Shown here piece after piece: positions 11,806 through 23,310 of a DNA stretch of 64,000 bases. A model generated the notes under the pieces. The model made no database searches. It saw only the letters and a list, made by a program, of their open reading frames with translations, and had not been told where the DNA came from. The stretch covers positions 310,001 through 374,000 of the forward strand of contig JBEWZL010000244.1 of assembly GCA_045837725.1 (NCBI GenBank), in the 5' to 3' direction. The number at the start of each line of letters is the position of its first letter. Positions within the stretch are counted from its first letter, which is position 1. The position numbers were made by a program, and so were the translations under genes. The stretch is from Vermamoeba vermiformis. Its lineage: Eukaryota.

Positions 11806-14800
11806 ATGGAGAAGGTAAGCTTTTGTCTATTTTATTAATCAAGTCTTCTCATTTGGCAGTGATACCAAAATAGATTCAAATTAATTTTAAAATATAAAAA
11901 TTGTTATATTTTAGATTTAGCGATTACGGCTGCAGAATATATTTGACCAATCATGTATATACCTATTTTAATTATTTAGAATTTCTAAACAATCGAGTGA
12001 AGCGAATTCAATTTTTTTGACACATCTGCCTTTCCGTTACATTAAATTGATTTGATATTCATTCAAATAGTAAATAATTTATTTTTTATTTATAATAAGT
12101 TTCAACGATCATAAATACACATTTTTGAAGCAAAAGATTCTGTTTAGGACTGATCGTAATTAACCGATATTTTCTGATACACACTTTGATTCAAAAATTA
12201 GTGTAATACGATATTAATATTATCACATGCGTATACATGTATAATCTACATTTTCTAATGCATTTTCATCGTAGCAACTTTGGTTTCAGAAGTACCAACA
12301 AGAATCTGCTACAGCGGTCGATTTGAGCAACAAAACGCATCGAAAGCTACTTGATACTATTATTCAAAAAGTATATAAGCCCAGCAGTTCACAAACTGGC
12401 AAGATTTACGACGCGTACTGGATCGGAGCAGATTTGTTGACTTTAAGATTGTTGGTCAATTTCATTCAAACCTACGAGCGCATATTCGACAGAATAGTAT
12501 TAGAATGCACCAACAAATTTCATGGCTATTTATTGCCCTTAGTATCCATCAATTTGACGAGGCTAGTTTTGGATGTACTTGCAACCGCGCCATTGAGCGT
12601 GCCTCAAGACAGCGATACATTGTCATCCGATGAAGGTACGCATATATATACACTCCATTTATACCTTCAGACCCTATTATCGAATAATCGAAAGAATTGT
12701 TCGTAACATCCAAACTTACGCATCTAAATTTAGCTCCGCATTCGCCGCAAGCAGTGGTCGAAGAAACATATTGCATAGTATTTCAGCTATTTGAAGGGCT
12801 GTGGCAAGAGAAAGTCGGATCAATTCCGAAATTGCCCGCGCTCATTGACTCGATTAAGAAATCAATGCAGACAACCTTGACAGGCACGCGCAAAATATTG
12901 ATTTCAGACTTCAAACGAACGTTGTCAGATATGACCACATTTTCTAAGAAAAAACCAGCGTCAGTGCAAGAGAAATTCAAACAGCTTTGCGCGGATTTGA
13001 AAAAACTCAAGATCGAAACAGATCAAGAAGAAATCATCAATATATTTAAGGGAATAGAACTCCTCATCGTAAGTACCCCTCACTACTTATAAACAACGAC
13101 TATCATGCAATAGATTTGCGATTCAGATAATCTTTTTTGCTGTCGTGTTACGCGTGTTGACTCTTTTTTGCCTAATTTAGGAATTTCCCACGGACAATCT
13201 CCGCTCATCGAACTCAAATGTGCCAGGTAGTCGCGGGTCTTTAGGCAGTGGGACTAATCTTACTGAAGGAAACAAACTAAGTTGGAATAGCGTGCCTGAA
13301 GAAGTGCTCGATCGGGCCTTGCTGCCGTTGAGTGCTGAAGTGCATTACAGCAATGACAGCCATTACAAGCTCATCAAAGCGTGCTTGAACTTCATTCATT
13401 TTTACTCCAAAAAAGCCAAGCCCGATGGTCCAATCATATTGCACAAAAAGGTAACAAAAAAGTTATTTAAAGTCCGCTGATGGATGTGATTTACGATCGT
13501 CCGTGGATCTTTATTAATTGTGTATATATTTATTTGCAATGCTAGTATTTTGACTCAAACTTGTAATTTTACTGACGTTTTTTTGGATGCAGTTGACAGT
13601 CATGAACAAAGCGACCAACAAGCCCTTGTATTACCAGCTGATATATTTCTTCAAGCGGAATAACTCCAAGATCATCGACCAGACCCTCTCACTCGTCGTC
13701 AATTACCTCACACATCCTGCACACGATCCTGAATTCTTCAAAGAGCTCATCTCGATCGGTTTGTTTGAAGAGCTCAAAGTAAGTCCTCTATAATATGAAA
13801 ATACGTGTGCTATATACTATATGATATATGACACACTAGCAAATTAAATAATGCGTTGTTCTCGAGAATTGACTAACGTCGGATGTAGCAAATTCTGAGT
13901 AGTGGCTCTTTGGGTTTACCAACACTTGAACTATTGTCGAAGATACAACGAAATAAGCTGCAGCGCTATATTGAAATGGAACAAATGCCGTTTGATAAGA
14001 CCAAACCCGAACACGAAAAAATTCTCAAAGACATCTGGGTCGTGTCATTCCCCGATGTTCAACTGCGCAATCTCGTATCAACTCAATGGCGATTACTAGG
14101 ATTTATGGTACGTTAATATGTGCATAGTATACGAAAGTACTTATTCTAGATCGGTGTTCTAACTTGCGGATGTAGGGAGACGATCCTTCAGCAGATCTCA
14201 AAGACATGCTGGCAGCTACGATGTTACATTATTTTGCTAAGACATACCCCGAAACATTTTACGAGATCTCCAATCGTCGTGGTATGCTGTTCAGAACGGA
14301 TTACCACTTCGCCGTTCTCGGCATCCAACTCTCGCAACACTTCATTAGCTGGATCCAACAAATACTCAATAGCTTAACTTCAAGTAAGAGACACAACATA
14401 TTATGCTAATACTCGTATTAACTCTTCGCGTTACAGCTGAATTATTTTTGCGCTTTTTGTACGATAATCCCAACACTTTAGAAGAAATGTATTGCACGCT
14501 ATTTAAGGTAAATATATATATATAATGTAATATTACTATGGACAATTATTTACATCCCCCTCGTGCTCAAAGAAGCTAGAGTTTGAGACTCATTTACTGA
14601 CAATATTATTTTAGGCCTTTGATGCCCTGTGGTCCAAAGCTAGTTTAGGCGAGTCAAACGACACGATTATATTAGCACTGAAGTATCTCAGTGACTTCTG
14701 GCTCTATTCTATCTGCAGTTGTACTTCACTCGCGACATTCACCACGCGCATTTTGCAAGAGATTGACGAGTGCAATAGTTTCCCGCCCAAGCTGAAAGGT

Positions 14801-15456
14801 TTTGCCACGAGCAACGACGACAGCCCTGCGCTCGGCAAGACCTCTAGCACGCCACCCTCATCGCCTAGCGCTAACAAACTTGGGTACCGCAACGTCAACT
14901 TCGAGAACTTGGTGCTGAAAGGCTCGTCATCGAGTATACTCGCCTTCTCGCGGCCCTTGCTCGCCAAGAAAGCGTCGTTCTTGTCCGAGTCGCAAGAGAG
15001 CAGTGGTGAGGGCTCGGGGACGAAAGGCGCACCCGTGCCAATCAAACCAAAACTTCAAGGCAGTCGCGACATTGAATCAGCTTACCCGGGCCATCACAAA
15101 GACCCATTAGCCAATACGCGGTATCTGCGCAAAGTAGTCTCCGTGGCGGGAGATATAGTCTCGCCGCGTCATCCTACCGTCAAGTTTGATAGCATGCCGA
15201 ACACGACTTCGAACAGTCCCGCTGAATCGTATGCTAATCAACATAATCCTTCATTTTTGTAATGACTTAATTCCATAGCATAGTGTTTCTAATCATATTT
15301 TATAAATTTTGTAGAAGTCCAAGAAGTACAACGCCGAAGAAGGAACGCGACCTGAAACGAGGCAGATCTGATTCGTTTTCGGACTCAGAAAAGGCTAGAA
15401 GCAGAAAATCGAGTATAAGCAGTAGTACTAGCGATAAAAGAAAGCATAAGAAGTAA
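11806..15456 (+). CDS. ELMO/CED-12 domain protein with Ser/Pro-rich C-terminal tail
   Basis: Micro-exon MEK (11806-11814) joins in frame to 12275. ELMO motifs PFDKTKPEHEKILKDIW, QWRLLGFM|GDDPSADLK, YHFAVLGIQLS and LEEMYC. Stop TAA at 15454-15456. Confidence 0.8.
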
Positions 15457-15996
15457 TTAGAAGTCTTGGGCTTGATCTAAGAACGCGAGCCTTAGAATTT
15501 GTTTTAATAATCTTGTAATTCTTAAAAAACCTTAACATTAGCTTGATGATACCTACCGTGCACTATCGAACAGTGCCACAAGTTACCTATGACAAACTGA
15601 CAAGTTTCAGAATTCAGTTCTTTGTGGGTACATCCAAAACCTTCTGTAGAGGGACATATGCTACCGAAGAATTGAATTCCTTGGTCTTGATATGTTTGGG
15701 GGGTGTTTCGGTTATTAACTTTATTTCTTGCGAAATTTAGCAAAGAAAAACAGGAACGCAGGTTTTTATCAGATTCACGTTCCACTCATGTATTAAACAA
15801 CACACCTTTTCTTATATTTTTATTAAAACAACACTACAATACGCAAATGGCCAATTTAACCTCTTTGGGAGTTCACTAAGCAACTCCGAGTAGTCAACAC
15901 AAATTACAATACTCAATCTTACTACATCTCTTACAAACCTCCAAGGTTTCAATCAAAACCAACCTAAACCACATTCAATAACACTACGCAATACAG

Positions 15997-17388
15997 ATGG
16001 AAGTTTCCGCTTCACCTGAGGACTCTTCCTCTTACTCTACTGTTGCTCAATCCTTTTACGATGCGATTCGCAAAAACGATTTTACCAACGTGAAGACCAT
16101 TGGTTTCTCAACCTCTGAACGAGTTCAAAATGCTCGTTTGCGTTTGAACAGCAGATCCAATCACTCAATGGCCCACAAAGTCAGCAAATATTTACCACTC
16201 CACTACACTGCTGCTTGTGGCGAGATCAAGTTGAGCGAGTACCTATTGGATCAAGGTGCCTATGTCGACGCAATGGATGCTGATGGAAACACCGCACTGA
16301 TGTGGGCTGTCCGCAAAGGTCACGCGGATTTGGCCTACATCCTGATCGAGAAACACGGAGCAAACGTTAATGCAATCAACTTCGATGGTGAGACACCGCT
16401 TATGCTTGCTACTTTGGTTATGAATAGAGAACTCGTCAATTACCTGCTCATGCACGGAGCAAATCCAAACGCCACGTAAGTGTTTCACTTGTCCCTTTTA
16501 TTTAAATATTCTGAATAATTATAATATTGATTACAATAATATATGTGATATATTTGGACTATGATAAAAGTCTTATAGGTCGAAATATGAGAATTTTAAC
16601 AAAATTGTGGGCACGAAGAAAAAAATGCGAAAAATAGCGTACAAATGTTTGAATATGGTCTTGAATATCATACAATAATATTATAACATGCCCATTGAAT
16701 ATTTTTATCGAAATCTGATAGATTTGAATAATTGATTTATTTTTCCAACGACGAGAAATCTCCGAGAATGGTTCGGATCCAACGTTGTACACCTTGCTTT
16801 ACCATTCTTTCTCATATCATAACAATATACTAACCTTACTCTATCAATTAGTAACTTGCGCGGCGAAACTGCATTGCACGTAGCAGTGGCGATGAATTCG
16901 GTAGAGCTGATCGACGAACTGTTATCGCATGGCTGTTGGCTCGAAGCACGCGACGAGTGTGGCGAAACTCCGCTGCATTGGGCTGTGCGCGAGAGCTTGT
17001 TGGACATTGTCGATTACTTGCTCGCTCACGGCGCCAATCCGGATGCGCTTAACGATGATGACGAGAGTTCCGCTCACTTCGCTGAGGTAAGCATATTAAT
17101 AATCATATTATATAGCGACTATATATTGACGATACCTCCCTTTCTTAATTATTTGGTTCGTTGATCTTTTTAAAAATCGCGCGCCAAAAGATTTTCGGGT
17201 AATTCCCGATTGAATAAAGTTACACGAACAATCATATTAATGTCATTATGCTACAGCTATTCGCAGACAAGGCTATGCAAGCAGCCATCGAGTCATACCG
17301 TCGAGCAAACGAAAGCAAGTTTGCGAGTGTTGCTGGAAATGTTGGTTTCGGTCCGAAGAAAGGAAACGATGCCATGTTCATCAACTAA
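15997..17388 (+). CDS. Ankyrin repeat protein
   Basis: Repeats LPLHYTAACG, GNTALMWAVRKG, GETPLMLA, GETALHVAV and GETPLHWAVRE. Three exons; the last (about 17258-17388) ends NDAMFIN*. Confidence 0.9.
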
Positions 17389-17643
17389 TAATAGCAACGA
17401 GGAACTATAGTGCAATTAGTGCACGCATTCACGAGGACATTTAATAATATAAGAGCTATGGAAGAAGATACAATTTTTGTCGAGTGGATGTGGCACGCAG
17501 TCAATTATAGTTTTATTTTTTGCGATTTAATATTGATAATCATGTTAATAGTTTTCTTTCTTAGATTGATACTTTATAAATAGTAATATATAAACGTTAT
17601 AATGTTTAAAATAGATCTGATCTTGCTTTCACTGAATTCTCGT

Positions 17644-20184
17644 TTATTGTAGAGCTGAAAGCGACTTAGTGCTAAGAACGATTACAAGGCGAATGACACT
17701 TTGGAATAAGCAGCTTTTTTGGCGCTCAAAATGATGAAAAAATATTTTTTTAATTATTTTTTTTATTTTTTTTTTTGAGGCGAGTACAAGTACAAAGGAA
17801 ATGAGTGCGAATGACGATTGAACGATCGATGACGATGTTGAAACATTGCCAGGACCATTGTTCGGAGAGTTTGTTGAAGGATTGTCAGTGCCAGGAGGAG
17901 GCAAAGAGTACGGCTGAGCGGACAAGGGCTGGTTGGGAATGGCGTCTTCTGTGCGAGGAATCACTGCCCACTTGGGGTTTGCATCGAGAACCGCGCCAAT
18001 CAACACGTTGTCAGCCATCCATTGCCACGCTTGTTGACCCTGGTCGCTGAGTCTGCCGACCATTGAAGAGGCTGCCAATGCGATGTAAGCATAGCCGTGG
18101 TAAGAGTCGTCCATAGTTGGAATAGTAGTCATTTGCTGCCACTCAGCGCTGTAGCCATTCATCAAGTCTTCGTAGGTCTGGAAGTACTCGTTGTCTGACT
18201 TTCTGATTGTCGGAACACGACCGTTAGCGATGATTCTTCGGTTGATGTTGGTGTTGGTCAGCAATCCAATGTAGAATTGGCCCAAGTATTTGACCATCAA
18301 ATCATTGTCGAAGCCGAGTTCTCTCGCTCGTCCCATGGCCAGCATCATGAAGTTTTGCTCAAAGAACGACAGAGCTGACGCCACAGTGGTGTCGTTGATA
18401 CCATAGCCTGCTTGAACGAATGCAGATGAACCAGCGCTCCATTGATTCAGTGCAGGGAGCGTCTTGGAAGCACTACCAAAGTTGTCAGGAGCTTTTCTGA
18501 GCAAGCCCCAGTTCCAGCATGGTGTGCCATAGTACGGTGAGGCTGTGAAGTTTCGAGCTCCATCTTCAATTGCAATAGCATCGATGGTGAGCTGAGTGAA
18601 GTATTGTTTCTCCATTGAGTCATCAGGTGACATGTACACTGCGTGCACACGTGTTCTCAGAGTCCATGCCATGCCTCGAAGTTGACTTGACAGTCCTCCT
18701 TCTGCGCCCGTTGGTCCACGACCGTAGTTATAACCGTATGCTGCGCCGTTAGACTCCAATTGCGTCCATGAAGCCCAGAACCAGAGTTGTTCGAGGTAGA
18801 AGAAGTCTCCTGTCAGTGCGTACAGTGGCGAGAAGTTCTCGGGACAGTGCGATTGATCAAATGTCCAGGGCGTGCTGCCAATAGTGCCCACAACAATGAC
18901 ACGATCGGAGGGGTTGGTGTAAGTATAAGTCCAAGAGCTACCGAAAATTGTCGGGCGATCAGTTGCCGACAACACTCTGCCCAATGCAGTGCCATTCACA
19001 GTGTCATTGCGGAGGAATCGTTTGTCAGGGTTGGATTCGCGGTAGTGTGCGGGCCATGAGCCGGCCAGATCAGCGTGTCCGAATGCTTGTTCGCGCAATC
19101 TCCAGTCACCAGTGAAGAGCCATTGGACGACCCAGTTAGGATAGGGACCGATGTCAGGGCGGCCTACAAATATTTCAAGTGTGAGTACGAGATAATACGA
19201 TTAATAAACCTATGCAGCCTTACCTCCAGTTGTCGGCATGGCAGGGGTCCATTTGCCAGCGTCATACAGGTCTCTATTAGTGTTCAACCAAGAAGTATAT
19301 TCGCTTTGTTTGGTGCTCTCGGGGACTACTTTCGACGTGTCAAAGTTGAATACAAATCGCGTTGCCTTGACGTAATCCAAGTCGTGGTAAATGTTCAGCT
19401 TTGAAGTGACAGTTGTGCTGCCAATCCAAGTCTGCTTGGTCCAACGACTTCCAGCGTACATTGTCAGCGGGGATTTGGTGCCAGGGAGCGTGTAGAATGT
19501 TTGAGGGGATGATGAACCTGCTTTCAAAACCAAGTTCGAAACGACCACGTCTTGCAAGGCAATCGAGTTTGAGATTTCGCCAATGTAGCGGACTTGCACC
19601 ATATTAAGCGAAGGCCAGAATGTCGCATGAAAGATTGGTCTGAAACTCTTGTACGTGTCAAAACCAAGGTCGTACTTGCGAGAAGCTGAGTGATCTGCAA
19701 GAATGATCGTGGTCGCGATACTGCCACCTGCCCACACTGTGTAGTCACCATTTTGAAGCATTGTTCGAGCTGATGCAGTGACGGTTGTTGCAGCGGTTAA
19801 CTCCATCGTTGCGTCAAAGTTGAACTTGGCATCCAACATTGCAGCCTGTGACAACGGAGTATCTTGTGCCGATTGTTGACTCGTGAATGTCAGTTTGACT
19901 GTTCCATTGGCAGCAATCGATGGAATGATAATGCTCAGAATTGCGTGTTTGACACTTCCATCCGAGTATCGTTGTTTGACATTTGCTTGTGTGGGCACTG
20001 CTGTTCCATCAACAAGCACCAACGGGAAGGGCGATATTTCACCAGGCAAGAAAGGACTCGCAAAACGAAGAGGATAGTTGGTGACAGCAATGCCTTCGGT
20101 TTCGGTGATTGTCACGACATTTTGAAGAGCAGATGCGACGGCAATAAATGCCAAAAGCACCAAAAAATACCAGCTCTTGTGCAT
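17644..20184 (-). CDS. Secreted bacterial-like protein (putative alpha/alpha-barrel, lyase-like), tandem copy 1
   Basis: Signal peptide MHKSWYFLVLLAFIAVASA. A single intron (19164-19223) splits MPTTGG|RPDIGP. QLRGMAWTLR motif, P/S/T/N linker and hydrophobic tail. Enzyme class is inferred. Confidence 0.8.
17687..17783. mobile_element. 85-bp insertion flanked by 6-bp direct repeats (AGGCGA), possible target-site duplication
   Basis: AGGCGA at 17687-17692 and 17778-17783. The intervening sequence is absent from the aligned paralog at about 20621-20650. Confidence 0.55.
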
Positions 20185-20513
20185 CGTCAGGCGAGTAAAA
20201 AATAATAAACAACTCAAACCAAAAAATAGATTTATAGCTGTTACGTAAAATTGTCATCCGCGTCTCCTTCCTGTCAATCATTTTCGGCCGAAAACTACAA
20301 TCAATCAATTGCAATTGATTACCGTGCGGTTGTCGATTTAAATGATGATTTGGCAGCTTTGACTACCAAATTGTTGCCGATATTGGAGCTTTGTCCATTA
20401 TTCGCATTCTCTATTCTATGTTGCTCTCCAAAAATCGTTAAAATAATGGTAATAATGCTTTGGGTGGGAGAAATTAGTGCCCTTTCTAATAATGCATCAT
20501 TAGTAATTGAGCG

Positions 20514-23031
20514 TTAATTTAATAATTTTTCTGTTTGCAATCTTTTGCAATAATTTATCGGCCCAGATATGTGACGGGACAATCGTTCTAATTCTGGGTT
20601 TAATAAAACATGAGTACTAAGAACGATTAAAAGGAGTACAAGTACAAAGGAAATGAGTGCAAATGACGATTGAACGATCGATGACGATGTTGAAACATTG
20701 CCAGGACCATTGTTCGGAGAGTTTGTTGAAGGATTGTCAGTGCCAGGAGGAGGCAAAGAGTACGGCTGAGCAGACAAGGGCTGATTGGGAATGGCGTCTT
20801 CTGTGCGAGGAATCACTGCCCACTTGGGGTTCGAGTTGAGCAAGGTACTATTCAACACGTTGTCAGCCATCCATTGCCATGCTTGTTGACCCTGGTCGCT
20901 GAGTCTGCCGACCATTGAAGAGGCTGCCAATGCAATGTACACGTAGCCGTGATTAGTGTCAGTTAGTGATATGAATGCTGTCATTTGCTGCCAATCAGTG
21001 TTGTAGCCGTTCATCAAGTCTTCGTAGGTCTGGAAGTACTCGTTGTCTGACTTTCTGATCGTTGGTAAACGACCGTTCGAAACAATAATTCTATTGATGT
21101 TATTGTTCGTCAGAAATCCAATGTAGAATTGGCCCAAATGTTTGACGATCAAATCATTGTCGAAGCCAAGTTCTCTCGCTCGTCCCATGGCCAGCATCAT
21201 GAAGTTCTGTTCGAAGAATGATACAGCCGATGCAACAGTGGTGTCGTTGACACCGTAGCCTGCTTGAACGAATGCAGCCTGTCCAGGGCTCCATTGATTC
21301 AGTGCGGGAAGTGTCTTGGAAGCACTACCAAAGTTGTCAGAAGCTTTTCTGAGCAAGCCCCAGTTCCAGCATGGCGTGCCATAGTATGGCGAGGCTGTGA
21401 AGTTTCGAGCTCCATCTTCAATCGCAATAGCGTCGATGGTGAGTTGAGTGAAGTATTGTTTCTCCATTGAGTCATCAGGTGACATGTACACTGCGTGCAC
21501 ACGTGTTCGCAGAGTCCATGCCATGCCTCGAAGTTGACTTGCCAGCCCGCCTTCTGCGCCCGTAGGACCGCGCCCGTAGCTATATATAGTAGCCGCACCA
21601 TTGGAATTGATTTGAGTGAACGAAGCCCAGAACCAGAGTTGTTCGAGGTAAAAGAAGTCACCTGTCAGTGCGTACAGTGGTGAGAAGTTCTCGGGACAGT
21701 GCGACTGATCAAATATCCAAGGACTGTTGGAGATGTTGCCAACGACGACGGCACGATCGGCAGGTTTGGTGTAAAGGTAAGTCCAAGAGCCACCAAATAT
21801 TGTCGGGCGATCAGTTGCCGACACCACTCGACCAAGTGCAGTGCCATTCACAGTGTCGTTGCGAAGGAATCGTTTATCTACGCTGGACTCGCGATATTGA
21901 GCGGACCAGGCAGGAGCCAAATCCGCTTGTCCGAATGCTTGTTCGCGCAATCTCCAGTCACCAGTGAAGAGCCAAGAGACGACCCAGTTTGTGTAAGGAC
22001 CGATATCAGGACGTCCTAATACAGTCACGTGCTCAGTATTACATAAGGTTAATCAGCTGTCACGTACCTCCAGTTGTAGGCATGGCGGGGTACCACTTGC
22101 CAGCGTCATACAGGTCTCTTTTAGTGTTCAACCACGATGCGTATTCGCTTTGTTTGGTGCTCTCGGGGACTACTTTCGACGTATCATAATTGAACACAAA
22201 TCGTGTTGCCTTGACGTAATCCAAGTCGTGGTAAATGTTCAGCTTCGAAGTGACTGTTGTGCTGCCAATCCAAGTCTGCTTTGTCCAACGACTTCCAGCA
22301 TACATTATCAGCGGTGATTTGGCGCCAGGGAGCGTGTAGAATGTTTGAGGGGAGGATGCACCTGCCTTCAAAACCAAGTTCGAAATGACCACGTCTTGCA
22401 AGGCATTGATATTTGCTAGTTCACCGATGTAGCGTACATGCACCAGGTTGAGTGAAGGCCAGAATGTCGCATGAAAGATTGGTCTGAAGCTCTTGTACGT
22501 GTCAAAACCAAGGTCGTACTTGCGAGAAGCTGAGTGATCCGCAAGAATGATCGTGGTCGCGATACTGCCACCTGCCCACACTGTGTAGTCGCCATTTTGA
22601 AGCATTGTTCGAGCTGAAGCGGAGACAGTACTGCCATAGGTGAGTTCCATCGTTGCGTCAAAGTTGAACTTGACATCCAACATCGCATCCTTGCTGAGAG
22701 GAGTATCTTGTGCCGATTGTTGACTCGTGAATGTCAGTTTGACTGTTCCATTGGCAGCAATCGATGGAATGATGATGCTCAGGATTGCGTGTTTGACACT
22801 TCCATCCGAGTATCGTTGTTTGACATTTGCTTGAGTGGGCACTGCTGTTCCATCGACAAGCACCAACGGGAAGGGTGATATTTCACCAGGCAAGAAAGGA
22901 CTCGCAAAGCGAAGAGGATAGTTGGTGATAGCAATGCCTTCAGTCTCCGTTATCGTGACGACATTTTGAAGAGCAGATGCGACGGCAATAAGGGTCAAAA
23001 CCGCTAAAAATAAACAGTACTTGCACTGCAT
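20514..23031 (-). CDS. Secreted bacterial-like protein, tandem copy 2
   Basis: Signal peptide MQCKYCLFLAVLTLIAVASA. Single intron (22016-22067) at the same position as in copy 1. Long identical peptide stretches shared with copy 1. Confidence 0.8.
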
Positions 23032-23310
23032 CGTTAATTATTGCAGCGAACAAAATAATTACGGCAAAACATCGAACATTTTGTTTGTGGTGTTCCGCTT
23101 TCAGCCGGTCCCAAAAACGCCCAAATCGTCAACTTGCCGAATTTTCAAAAATTAGAACATCGATATTTCATTCTATCAATGTTACGCACGTACCAAAGGG
23201 TATTTTTTAACGCTGTGGCCAAGTATGTTGCTCATCTGATCGGATCTAAGTAAGTTGTTGTGGTTACTTACGCGCGGTTAATAATCGCCAATTTTTTCTT
23301 TTATTTTGTT

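Noticed and set aside
11200-12270. Long ORF-free AT-rich stretch as a possible ncRNA or mobile element
   Set aside because: It is explained as the divergent promoter region plus the long first intron of the ELMO gene; no repeats or structure were recognised.
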